64,000 nt of DNA from Cyanobium sp. (lineage in GTDB: Bacteria; Cyanobacteriota; Cyanobacteriia; PCC-6307; Cyanobiaceae): contig JBJTQH010000133.1 in assembly GCA_046075505.1 (NCBI GenBank), positions 61,497 to 125,496 on the forward strand, written 5' to 3'. Positions within the stretch are counted from its first letter, which is position 1; every line of letters begins with the position of its first letter. The position numbers were made by a program, and so were the translations under genes. This document shows, piece by piece, positions 31,236 through 39,922 of the stretch. Below the pieces are notes generated by a model. The model saw only the letters and a list, made by a program, of their open reading frames with translations, was not told the origin of the DNA and ran no database searches.

Positions 31236-31871
31236 ATGGATCCCGTCGCAGCCGGCCTGGCGGTGCTGCTGATCACCCTGGCGGCCGTCTACGGCCCGGC
31301 CGTCGGCCTCTCGCCCTGGTGGATCTCCCTGCTGGCGGCTCTCGCCCTCGGTGGACTGAGCCTCGATGCCGCCCGTTACGGCGGTCTCGGCGGTCACCTG
31401 CTGGCGGAAGCCCTGCCCGGCGGCCGCCGCCGCCTGCGCCGCATCGCCATCCATGAGGCGGGCCACTGCCTGGTGGCCGAGGCCGAACAGCTGCCGGTGC
31501 AGCAGGTGCTGGTGGGATCCCTGGCCTGCCTGCGGGCCGGCCTGCGCTGCAACGGCAGCACCGTGTTCGCCGCCCCGGGCCAGGCACGGCTGCCCCTGGC
31601 CGATCTGCGCCGCTGGAGCCGGGTGCTGCAGGCCGGCATGGTGGCCGAAACGATGATCTATGGCGGCCCAGCCCGCGGCGGCGCCGATGACCGCACCCTG
31701 CTCGGCCAGCTCTGGGGCCTGTCGGGCCAGGATGTGGACACCGCCCAGCGGGAACAGCGACAGGCGCGCCGGGAGGTGGAACGGCTGCTGCGCCAGGAGC
31801 GTCCAGCTCTGGAAGCCCGCGCCGAGCAGCTGCTGGATCAGGCCCCGCGGCTGTCCCATCCCGGCCCATGA
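31236..31871 (+). CDS. putative membrane zinc metallopeptidase (HEXXH)
   Basis: Two N-terminal TM segments followed by IAIHEAGHCLVAE, an HEXXH motif resembling the M41 protease domain. Confidence 0.6.
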   Translation: MDPVAAGLAVLLITLAAVYGPAVGLSPWWISLLAALALGGLSLDAARYGGLGGHLLAEALPGGRRRLRRIAIHEAGHCLVAEAEQLPVQQVLVGSLACLRAGLRCNGSTVFAAPGQARLPLADLRRWSRVLQAGMVAETMIYGGPARGGADDRTLLGQLWGLSGQDVDTAQREQRQARREVERLLRQERPALEARAEQLLDQAPRLSHPGP

Positions 31872-33277
31872 GCCTCGCCCTGCTCGACTGCCCCACCGGG
31901 CTGGCCGGCAACATGCTGCTGGCGGCCCTGTTTGACCTGGGGCTACCCCTCAGCGCCGTGGAGGATCCCCTGGCGGCCCTCGGCCTGGCCGGTCGCTATC
32001 GCCTGATCTGCCAGGAGCGGCGCAGCGGCGGCCTGCGGGGCTTGCATCTGGAGGTGCAGAGCCTGGAAGCGGAACCGCCGCATCGCCACTGGCGCGAGCT
32101 GCGGCAGCAGCTGCAGCAGGCCCCCCTGGCGGAGCCGCTGCGCCAGCGGGTGCTGGCGGTGTTCACCCTGCTGGCGGAAGCCGAGGCCACCGTGCACGGC
32201 CATGCCCCCGAGGCGGTGCATTTCCACGAGGTGGGGGCCCTTGATGCCCTGGTCGACATCGTCGGTGTCTGCGCCGGGTTGCTGCATTTCCAGGTGGACC
32301 GCTTGGTGTGCAGCCCACCACCGGCGGGCCACGGCAGCGTCGCCACCGCCCACGGCCACCTGCCGCTGCCGGCTCCGGCGGTGCTGGAGATCGCCCGACA
32401 GTGCGCCATCCCCCTGGCCGGCAGCGCCGGCTTCCCCCCCGGCGAGCTCACCACCCCCACCGGCCTGGCCCTGGCTGCCATCTGGGCAGAGCGGTTCGCA
32501 CCGGCACCGGCGGCGGTGCCGCAGCGGGTGGGGGTGGGCCTGGGCAGCCGGGAGCTGGATCGTCCCAATCTGCTGCGCCTGACTCTGGCCAGCGCCTGCG
32601 ATCTCAGCGGCCTGTCCGATGGTGGGGCCCCAGGGCCCTCGGGCGAGGGGACGCCGCGGCAGACGGCCGCCGGCCGCGCGACGCAGCCGTCTCTGGAAAC
32701 GGTGCTGCTGCAGCAATGCCAGATCGATGACGCCAGCGCTGAGGACCTGGCTGCCCTGGGCGAGGCCCTGCGTCAGGCGGGCGCCCTGGAGGTGTTCAGC
32801 CAGCCGCTGTCGATGAAGAAGGGGCGACCCGGCACCCTCGTCTGCGCCCTGGTGCGGCCGGAGCTGGGGACCAGCCTGCGCCAGGTGTGGTGGCGCCACA
32901 GCACCACCCTGGGGCTGCGCGAAACCCTGCAGCAGCGCTGGGTGCTGCCCCGCTCCAGCCAGCGGCTGAGCACACCGCTGGGCGAGGTGCGTCTCAAGCG
33001 GGCCCTGCTGCCGGGGGGCGGCAGCCGCAGCAAGATCGAACACGACGATCTGATGGCGCTGGCCCGGCGGCATGATCTCCCCCTGGCTGCCGTGCGCCGC
33101 CAGGTGGAGCAACACCTGCTGGCAGCCGAGGATCCCTGGGCCAATGATTTCCGGGGCGAGATCCCCCCCGGGACGCCTCCTGGCGCCGCCGGCCTGGAGA
33201 CCCGCGTGGACGGCGCCCCGAGCGCTGGAGCGACCGAGCCGGCCCAGGCCCCCCAACACCCGCCTTCCCTCTCCTGA
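31868..33277 (+). CDS. larC: LarC-family (DUF111) nickel-insertion protein
   Basis: LDCPTGLAGNMLLAALFDLG and HFHEVGALDALVDIVG motifs. The start overlaps the upstream stop (ATGA). Confidence 0.85.
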   Translation: MSLALLDCPTGLAGNMLLAALFDLGLPLSAVEDPLAALGLAGRYRLICQERRSGGLRGLHLEVQSLEAEPPHRHWRELRQQLQQAPLAEPLRQRVLAVFTLLAEAEATVHGHAPEAVHFHEVGALDALVDIVGVCAGLLHFQVDRLVCSPPPAGHGSVATAHGHLPLPAPAVLEIARQCAIPLAGSAGFPPGELTTPTGLALAAIWAERFAPAPAAVPQRVGVGLGSRELDRPNLLRLTLASACDLSGLSDGGAPGPSGEGTPRQTAAGRATQPSLETVLLQQCQIDDASAEDLAALGEALRQAGALEVFSQPLSMKKGRPGTLVCALVRPELGTSLRQVWWRHSTTLGLRETLQQRWVLPRSSQRLSTPLGEVRLKRALLPGGGSRSKIEHDDLMALARRHDLPLAAVRRQVEQHLLAAEDPWANDFRGEIPPGTPPGAAGLETRVDGAPSAGATEPAQAPQHPPSLS

Positions 33278-33287
33278 ATCCGCCTCC

Positions 33288-34652
33288 ATGACCCCGCGGC
33301 TCTCCTCCCTGTGGACCCGGATCCAGGCTCCGGCCGGGGCGCTCCTGCGTCTGCCGGCACGCCTGTGGAGGCAATCCCGGAGCGGTGACGCCAGAGGCGA
33401 CGGCGCACCTGCCGAGAGGGCCGACGCCGGCGTGGCACCGGAAGCGGCAGCGAGCGCCTCAGCCCCCGGCCGCCCCTCAGGAGCCACAGCCTTCAGGCGG
33501 CTGCGGGCGGCCCTCTCTCCCAGACCCCGCACCGCAGCGAAGGATGTGCCCGCCGCGCAGGCGACTGCCGCACAGCCCCTCACCGCGGGGCACTCCGGCC
33601 CCCCTGGCAGCGCCAGCGGCCGCCGGCGATGGGCCACCGGCCTGCGCCTGCCGCGCCGCCTTGCCCTGCCGGCCCTGCCGGGCGGGCTGCGCCCCTGGAT
33701 CACCTGCCTCAGCCTCGGCTTTGTGCTGGCGGCCCTGGTGGGCCACGGGCGCCAGCTGCTGCAGCTGAGCCTCGATCGCCAGGGCTGGCTGTGGCTGGCG
33801 CTGGCCCTGGGGCTGCAGGCGGTGAGCCTGCTGGTGAACGGCCTGGCCTGGGGGGAGATCCTGCGCTGGCGAGGCCTGCAACCCCGCTGGGATGCCGTGG
33901 TGACCCTGTATGTCGGCACCAATCTGCGCAAGTACCTGCCCGGCGGCATCTGGCATCTCGCCTCCCGGGTGCAGGCCCTGCGCGATCCGCAGGCCCCGCT
34001 GCGGCAGGGGGCGACCGGCACCGGATCGGCCCTGGTGGTGACGCTGCTCGATCCGCTGCTGGCCGCTGTGGCGGCCCTGGCCCTGGTGCCGCTCGGGGGC
34101 TGGCAGAACGGTCTGGCGGTGCTCTGCCTGCTGCCGCTGCTGCTGCTCCATCCCCGCTGGCTGCAGCCGCTGCTGCGGCGCCTGGAGCGGCAGCGGGCCC
34201 GCCAGCTGGGCCTGAGTGAGGACCTGGCACAGGAGGAGGGCCCGGCGGCCGCCAGCTCCACCCTGTCCCTGGCGAAGAACCGGCCGGAGGAGGGGGGCTG
34301 GCGCTTCCCGCTACTGCCGCTGCTGGCGGAGCTGGCCTTCGTGCTGCTGCGCTTCGCCGGATTTGCCTGCTGCGTGTGGGCCTTTGATCTGCAGGTCAGC
34401 CTCGATCTGTGGACCTGGTTGGCCGGCTTTGCCCTGGCCTGGACCGTGGGCCTGGTGGTACCCGGTGCCCCGGGCGGGCTGGGGGTGTTCGAGGCGGTGC
34501 TGCTGCTGCGGCTGGCGGTGGCCCTGCCGCAGGCCTCCCTGTTGGCGGTGGCGCTCAGCTACCGGCTGGTGGTGACCCTGGCCGACGTGCTGAGTGCGGT
34601 TCTGGTGAGCCTCGATCAACGGCTGGCGGCCGGCACCTCGCCGTCGCCATAG
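33288..34652 (+). CDS. UPF0104 / LPG-synthase-TM-like membrane protein
   Basis: ATG at 33288. Multi-TM body with TNLRKYLPGGIWH and GGLGVFEAVLL motifs. Confidence 0.7.
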   Translation: MTPRLSSLWTRIQAPAGALLRLPARLWRQSRSGDARGDGAPAERADAGVAPEAAASASAPGRPSGATAFRRLRAALSPRPRTAAKDVPAAQATAAQPLTAGHSGPPGSASGRRRWATGLRLPRRLALPALPGGLRPWITCLSLGFVLAALVGHGRQLLQLSLDRQGWLWLALALGLQAVSLLVNGLAWGEILRWRGLQPRWDAVVTLYVGTNLRKYLPGGIWHLASRVQALRDPQAPLRQGATGTGSALVVTLLDPLLAAVAALALVPLGGWQNGLAVLCLLPLLLLHPRWLQPLLRRLERQRARQLGLSEDLAQEEGPAAASSTLSLAKNRPEEGGWRFPLLPLLAELAFVLLRFAGFACCVWAFDLQVSLDLWTWLAGFALAWTVGLVVPGAPGGLGVFEAVLLLRLAVALPQASLLAVALSYRLVVTLADVLSAVLVSLDQRLAAGTSPSP

Positions 34653-34686
34653 GCTCTAGCGTCCCCACAGCGGCCCGGCACGCGAG

Positions 34687-35259
34687 GTGATCTCCCCTTC
34701 CCCGCCGCTGCCCTCCTCTCCTGGGGTCTCTCCCCAGCCGGAGCGGCCCCATCCGGAGCTGCGCCATGCAGAGCAGCGCCATGACGAGGAGCAGCAGAGC
34801 GAGATGCTGCGGGCCAGCCTGCATGGGCGCGGCCAGCGCCTGACGCCGCAGCGCCAGCGGATCCTGGCCCTGTTCGAGGGGCTGGGGGAAGGCAGCCATC
34901 TCAGCGCCGAGCAGGTGCATCAGCGACTGCTCGACTCGCCGGCGCGGGTATCGCTGGCGACGGTGTACCGCACGCTGCGGCTGCTCAGCTCGATGGGGCT
35001 GCTGCAGGAACTGGAGCTGCCGGAAGGGGGGCGACGCTTCGAGCTGGCGGGCTCCAGCCACCGCGACCATCACCATCTGGTGTGTGTGCGCTGCGGCCGC
35101 ACCGAGGAATTCGAAAACGCGGCGGTGCTGGCGGCCGGAACGGCAGCGGCCGATGCCCATGGCTTCCGGCTGCTGGAATGCGTGCTCAACCTGCGGGCCC
35201 TCTGCCCGGCCTGCCTGGCGGCCGAGCCTCCCCCTGAGCCCGGACCCGGAACGCCATAG
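34687..35259 (+). CDS. fur: Fur-family transcriptional regulator
   Basis: RLTPQRQRIL..SAEQVHQRL..SLATVYRTLRLL..HHHLVCVRCGRTEEF..CPAC. GTG start at 34687; ATG at 34804 is an alternative. Confidence 0.85.
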   Translation: MISPSPPLPSSPGVSPQPERPHPELRHAEQRHDEEQQSEMLRASLHGRGQRLTPQRQRILALFEGLGEGSHLSAEQVHQRLLDSPARVSLATVYRTLRLLSSMGLLQELELPEGGRRFELAGSSHRDHHHLVCVRCGRTEEFENAAVLAAGTAAADAHGFRLLECVLNLRALCPACLAAEPPPEPGPGTP

Positions 35260-35431
35260 CAGCTTCCAACAGCCGCCGGGCCCGGGGCCGGCCAGCGATC
35301 CGCCGGCGTGGATCCGCCGGAGAAGCCGTACACCCGGGCACTCGGGCACCCGATACCGCCGGCAACGACCACCCTCGCTGCAGCGGCGGTGGACGCCAAC
35401 CGCCCCGGGCGAGCGATCAGCGCGACAGGCA

Positions 35432-35458
35432 GATGCTATTGAGAATCGCTTGCATTAC
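35432..35458. promoter_or_regulatory. AT-rich patch with weak Fur-box resemblance upstream of the Crp-family gene
   Basis: gatgctattgagaatcgcttgcattac stands out in a GC-rich spacer. By hand count, 11/19 positions match GATAATGATAATCATTATC. Confidence 0.2.
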
Positions 35459-35600
35459 CCCGGTGCCAGCGTGTATGTTGCGAGCCGTTCTCAACTAGTG
35501 CGGTGTGGCGGCCCTGTCCTGGCTGCCCTTGCCGCTCCGTGCGCCGATCCAGCGGCGATCTGGATCGCGATCCCGTTCCGACCGTTGCCGTCTCCTGTCC

Positions 35601-36194
35601 ATGAGCTTCCGTCTTCCGCCCCTGCAGTCCGCCACACCGCTGCGCCTGGCCCCCGGCCAGAGCCTGCTGATCGAAACCGGCCGCGGCGAGGCCGCCGGCT
35701 GCCTGGAAGTGCTCGAGGGCGTCGCCCGCGTCTTCTGCCCCTGCGAAAACGCCGACGGCATGACCCTGGCCTTTCTCCAGGCCGGTGATCAGCTGCGTTG
35801 CGACAGGCTCTGCAGCGAAGGCGTCTGCGTCGAAGCGCTCACCCCCCTGTGCGCCCGCACCGGCATCGAGCCCCGTCAGGAGTCCGGTTTTGATGCGGTC
35901 AACGAATGGACCCTGCAGCTGCTGCGCATCCGCCACCTCGGCAGCGCTGAGCAACGGCTGCATGCCCTGCTCTCGCTGCTGGTGGTGCGCCTCGGCCGCC
36001 GCTGCGGCTCCTGGTGCGATCTGCCGTTCCGCCTCACCCACGAGCGGATCGCCGAGCTGATCGGCACCACCCGTGTCACCACCACCCGCCTGCTGTCGCG
36101 CATCCGCCGCCAGCAGCTGCTCGATGTTCCCAGCGGTCAGTCGGTGCTGCGGCTGGCCCCCTCGCTGGTGGAATCAGCGCCGCTGGCGGCCTGA
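35601..36194 (+). CDS. Crp/Fnr-family transcriptional regulator (possible IdiB-like)
   Basis: cNMP-like barrel followed by the HTH RLTHERIAELIGTTRVTTTRLLSRIRRQQLL. ATG at 35601. Confidence 0.8.
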   Translation: MSFRLPPLQSATPLRLAPGQSLLIETGRGEAAGCLEVLEGVARVFCPCENADGMTLAFLQAGDQLRCDRLCSEGVCVEALTPLCARTGIEPRQESGFDAVNEWTLQLLRIRHLGSAEQRLHALLSLLVVRLGRRCGSWCDLPFRLTHERIAELIGTTRVTTTRLLSRIRRQQLLDVPSGQSVLRLAPSLVESAPLAA

Positions 36195-37747
36195 GCCAGC
36201 CCCGGCATCAGGGCCAGGGAGGCGCTCAATCCCAGCAGCAGAATCAGCAAGGCAGGCACCAGCGCCGCCCCCAGCCGCTCATCGCTGGCGTATTGATACA
36301 CCCGCACCGAGAGGGTGTCGAAATCGAAGGGCCGCAACGCAAAGGTGAGCGGCAGCTCCTTGACGACATCGACAAACACCAGCAGGGCACCGACCAGCAG
36401 CGGACCGCGCAGCAAGGGCAGATGCACCCGACGGATCACCTGGGGCCAGCGGCAGCCCAGGCCGGTGGCCGCTTCATCGAGGCTGGGGGGAATCTGTTCC
36501 AGGGCCGCATCCAGGCCCCCCTTGCTCACGGCCAGGAAGCGATCGCTGTAACCCCAGATCAGCAAGAACAGCGGACTCAGCTGCCAGGGACCGCCGATCA
36601 GCATCAGGGCCAGCGCCAGCACGGTGCCGGGGATGGCATAGCCCATACCGGCCAGAAAGCTGAGGCGCTGCAACAGCGGCTGACGGATCCAGCGCTTGGC
36701 GATCGCCAGCAGCAGGGCGACCCCAGCGGTCAGAACCGCAGCCAGCAGACCGAGAGCGAGGCTGCGGCCTCCCATCACCAGCAGCTCCGCCGGTGGATCC
36801 TGCTGCAGCTGATCGAGACTGGTGGCCGCCCAGAACAGCGGCACCCCCAGGGCGATCAGCGGCGGCAGCACGGTGAGCAGCAGGGCCAGGGCCGCCCGCG
36901 AACCGAGCAGGGGCCAGGCGGGCAGCGCATCACCTCCCTGGCCCATCTGCCAGCGCCGACTGCGGCGACGCAGGGCCCGCTCCGCTCCCACCAGCAGGCT
37001 GACGATCAGCAGGGCCACCAGGGCCAGGGCGCCAGCCCCGCGTGGATCACCCTCGTTCTGCCAGCGCTGCAGGATGCCGCTGGACAGGGTGGGCACCCCG
37101 AGCAGTTCGACGGCCCCCAGCTCGTTCACCACCTCCATGCCGCTGAGGGCCACGCCGGCCCCGATCGCCGGCAGGGCCATCGGCAGGGCGACGCGGCGGA
37201 AACTGCCCCAGGGCCCGACCCCGAGGCTGCGGGCCGCCTCCAGCTGGCGACGGCCGCTGACGGCAAAGCATTCACTGCTCAGCAGAAAAACGTAGGGATA
37301 GGTGGTGAGGGTGAGCACGGCGATCGCCCAGCCCAGCCCGTGGATGCGCACCCCACAGCGGGTGCCCAGGTCGATCAGGGTGGCGGCCAGCAGATAGGCC
37401 GGCGTGGCCAGGGGCAGCAGCTGGGCGATGCGCAGCCAGCGACGACCGGGGAAGCGGCAGTTGGCAGCGATCCAGCCATTGGCGGTGCCCAGAGCGCCGC
37501 CCAGGGTGCCCACCCCGATCAACAGAAACAGGGTGTTGGCCAGCTGCTCACCACCGGCAATACCGAGGCGGAGGGAGCCGGAGCCCGGACCCAGACCAGC
37601 GAACAGGGCCAGGGCGCACACCGGCAGCAGGGCCACCACGGACAGCAGCAGCACCGCGACGGTGAGCAGGGAACGCCCGGAGGCGGGTTGGCGGAAGCTG
37701 GAGATCACCGGCTCAGATTCGCAGGTGGCCGGACGGCCGGCGCTCAA
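36137..37747 (-). CDS. futB: Fe(III) ABC transporter permease (two fused permease modules)
   Basis: 536 aa with ~12 TM segments and duplicated ABC-permease modules. Its ATG overlaps the futA stop. Confidence 0.88.
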   Translation of the reverse strand: MSAGRPATCESEPVISSFRQPASGRSLLTVAVLLLSVVALLPVCALALFAGLGPGSGSLRLGIAGGEQLANTLFLLIGVGTLGGALGTANGWIAANCRFPGRRWLRIAQLLPLATPAYLLAATLIDLGTRCGVRIHGLGWAIAVLTLTTYPYVFLLSSECFAVSGRRQLEAARSLGVGPWGSFRRVALPMALPAIGAGVALSGMEVVNELGAVELLGVPTLSSGILQRWQNEGDPRGAGALALVALLIVSLLVGAERALRRRSRRWQMGQGGDALPAWPLLGSRAALALLLTVLPPLIALGVPLFWAATSLDQLQQDPPAELLVMGGRSLALGLLAAVLTAGVALLLAIAKRWIRQPLLQRLSFLAGMGYAIPGTVLALALMLIGGPWQLSPLFLLIWGYSDRFLAVSKGGLDAALEQIPPSLDEAATGLGCRWPQVIRRVHLPLLRGPLLVGALLVFVDVVKELPLTFALRPFDFDTLSVRVYQYASDERLGAALVPALLILLLGLSASLALMPGLAQAASGADSTSEGASRSTD

Positions 37748-38841
37748 CGCCAGCCGTTGCTTTGCATCAGGGCCACGGCGGCGCGGTTGCGGGCCCCCAT
37801 CTGTTCGGCGGACACACCATCGGAACGAAACGCTCCAAACCGCTTCAGGATTGGATTATCCCCATAACTCTTCAGCGGGTATTCGTTGTTGGCTTCTGCA
37901 TAGCCGCGACCGCCGCTGGGGGAGGCCAGAAATTCGAGCAGGCGGGTGGCGGCCTCGCGATTGCGCGAGGCTGTTGTGACGCCGGCACCGCTGATATTGA
38001 CGTGGGCTGGATTGGGGAAGATCACCTTCAGGCGGCCGGCGAGAGCTTTGTCGGCAGCACCGCTCTCCCCGGAGAGCATGCGGGCCACGTAATAGGTGTT
38101 CACCAGAGCGACGCCACAGTCACCCTTGGCCACGGCACGGGCCAGAGGGATATCGGAGGTGAAGAAGGGTTGGCGCACATTGGCCACCATCCCCTGGATC
38201 CATGGCCGCGTGGCGGCTTCACCGCGCAGGATCAGCTGTGAAGCCACCAGCGATTGGTTGTAGACGCTCTTGCTGTCTCGCAGGCAGAGTTTGCCGCGCA
38301 GGGCCGGGCTGGCCAGATCGGCATAGCTGCGGATCGTGGCCGGATTGACCCGATTCGGGTTGACGATGATCACCCGCACGCGGCGGGTGAGTCCAAACCA
38401 GCGGCTCCTGGAATCACGCAGATTGACCGGGACATCCCTGAGCAGACTGGTGGAGCGAATCGGCTGGAACAGACCCATGTCAGCGGCTTTGTCGAGACGG
38501 GCCGCATCCACCAGCACCAGCACATCGGCCGGCGATGATTCTCCCTCACTGCGCAGGCGCTCGATCAGGGCATCATCCTTGGCTTCCAGCAGATTGACCT
38601 GAATGCCGGTGCGTCGCGTGAATTCGCGGTAGAGATCCTTATCGGTGTTGTAATGCCGGCCGGAATAGACACCGATCGCGGCCGGGGCGGCACTGCTCGG
38701 CGGTGCCTGCAACCCACTGATCAGGGCTGATCCTGCAAGGGTGGCGACTGCCGCAGCGGCTGCATAGCCCATCCAAGCCGCTCGACGCCCACCCAGGCTA
38801 CGGAGCGGTGGGGCCTGACGAGACGCGTCGGCTGAAAACAT
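37744..38841 (-). CDS. futA: Fe(III)-binding periplasmic protein FutA/IdiA
   Basis: VYSGRHYNTDKDLYREFTRRTGIQVNLLEAKDDALIERL..ADVLVLVDAARL, typical of the FutA/IdiA/AfuA family. Confidence 0.9.
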   Translation of the reverse strand: MFSADASRQAPPLRSLGGRRAAWMGYAAAAAVATLAGSALISGLQAPPSSAAPAAIGVYSGRHYNTDKDLYREFTRRTGIQVNLLEAKDDALIERLRSEGESSPADVLVLVDAARLDKAADMGLFQPIRSTSLLRDVPVNLRDSRSRWFGLTRRVRVIIVNPNRVNPATIRSYADLASPALRGKLCLRDSKSVYNQSLVASQLILRGEAATRPWIQGMVANVRQPFFTSDIPLARAVAKGDCGVALVNTYYVARMLSGESGAADKALAGRLKVIFPNPAHVNISGAGVTTASRNREAATRLLEFLASPSGGRGYAEANNEYPLKSYGDNPILKRFGAFRSDGVSAEQMGARNRAAVALMQSNGWR

Positions 38842-38915
38842 GCGGAACGTTCGGGTGATCTGGCGATCAACCTAAGGTTCAGCGCTCAGCGGCTGGAGCG
38901 ACGGATGTGGCGCCT

Positions 38916-38935
38916 ACATGTGATTAATGGCACGT
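38916..38935. promoter_or_regulatory. imperfect palindrome with a CRP-like half-site, ~75 nt upstream of futA
   Basis: acaTGTGAttaatgGCACGt matches TGTGA-N6-TCACA at 8/10 positions. It is 14/20 self-complementary by hand count. Confidence 0.3.
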
Positions 38936-38956
38936 CCGGAGCAGCCAGCGGAGAGC

Positions 38957-39097
38957 TCAGCGATGGCGTTGCACCCGCACCGGCACCAGAACGGGCTGCA
39001 TCAGGCCGCCACCGCCGTTGTCGTCGTCAGAGTCGAGACCGGCCCAGATCAGCACCAGGAGCCCGATCACACCGGCCAGCAGCAGCAGTTCCGTCAT
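38957..39097 (-). CDS. candidate 46-aa membrane peptide, absent from the ORF track (<60 aa)
   Basis: The ATG..TGA frame reads MTELLLLAGVIGLLVLIWAGLDSDDDNGGGGLMQPVLVPVRVQRHR. GC3 is high, with one TM helix and an acidic/Gly tail. Confidence 0.3.
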   Translation of the reverse strand: MTELLLLAGVIGLLVLIWAGLDSDDDNGGGGLMQPVLVPVRVQRHR

Positions 39098-39138
39098 GGC
39101 CGAGTGAGAAGTTGATTCAATGTAGCGGCGCCGGACAG

Positions 39139-39177
39139 AAAAACTGTCGCTGTTGCCGCCATCCCAGGGGCGGCAAC
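39139..39177 (-). terminator. terminator candidate after hupE
   Basis: Perfect 9-bp stem gttgccgcc/ggcggcaac with an 8-nt loop. A T5 run lies 8 nt downstream on the minus strand. Confidence 0.5.
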
Positions 39178-39213
39178 CCGCTCAAGCGGAAGGGAGCCAG
39201 GCGGCCGCTGACC

Positions 39214-39816
39214 TCAGAACAGCGAAGCAACGGCGCCAAGCAGACCGCTGCCGCCGAGCAGCAAAGCCAGGATCCGCAGGCTGCGATCGCCGCAGCGACG
39301 CAGGAGCAGCGCCACCACGGTGAACACGGCGGCGGCAGCCAGGGAAGCCCCCAGCCACCAGCTCGGATCAGCGCTGGCCTCCTGCCCATGCAGCAGAGCA
39401 TGCACAACGCTGCCAGCGGCGGCGACGGCAGCGGCAAGGCCCCGCAGAACGCCACCGTCGCGGCGCAGACGCTGAACCAGCAGCAACAGTCCGCCGAGGG
39501 CGGCCACCGCCAGGGCCGCCAGACACTCCTGACCCGGCAGGGCCCAGCCCCACAGCCCGAGCCCAGCACCGAGTGCGGCGCCCAGCAGGGCAGGCCAGAG
39601 CAGACGGCGTTCCCCCCTGGTGACCAGCGCGGCCAGTCCCACCAGCAGCAGCAGGTGATCGAGGCCCGTGAGCGGATGCAGCACCCCGGCGGCCAGGGCG
39701 CTGCCCAGCGGAGCGGTGGCCGGCAGGGTATGGGCACCGGCCGGCAGCGCCGACAACAGGCTGAGCCCGAACCCTGCCGATCCCGCCAGAGCCAGGGAGC
39801 GGATGGAAGTGGTCAT
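39214..39816 (-). CDS. hupE: HupE/UreJ-family Ni/Co transporter
   Basis: Signal peptide ending ..PAGAH, HPLTGLDHLLLLVGL motif and ~6 TM segments. Confidence 0.8.
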   Translation of the reverse strand: MTTSIRSLALAGSAGFGLSLLSALPAGAHTLPATAPLGSALAAGVLHPLTGLDHLLLLVGLAALVTRGERRLLWPALLGAALGAGLGLWGWALPGQECLAALAVAALGGLLLLVQRLRRDGGVLRGLAAAVAAAGSVVHALLHGQEASADPSWWLGASLAAAAVFTVVALLLRRCGDRSLRILALLLGGSGLLGAVASLF

Positions 39817-39922
39817 GGCTCAGCGTTCGGTGATCGCAGTGTCACAGTACCGATGGAGCGGATCCGGGACTGTGATCCCGGCATCAGGATCCACCGATCC
39901 CGCGGCGCTGAGAACGGCCAGA

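Noticed and set aside
31943-34261. 772-aa minus-strand ORF spanning larC and the UPF0104 gene.
   Set aside because: It is antisense to two well-supported plus-strand genes and has low-complexity Arg/Ala/Gly composition, so it is an artefact.
39817-39922. Cobalamin riboswitch upstream of hupE; HupE/UreJ genes in cyanobacteria are often B12-riboswitch controlled.
   Set aside because: The spacer is only ~106 nt. It has GGTGGATCC and AGTCCCGGATCCGC fragments but no GCCACTG or GGGAAGGC core and no convincing B12 box.
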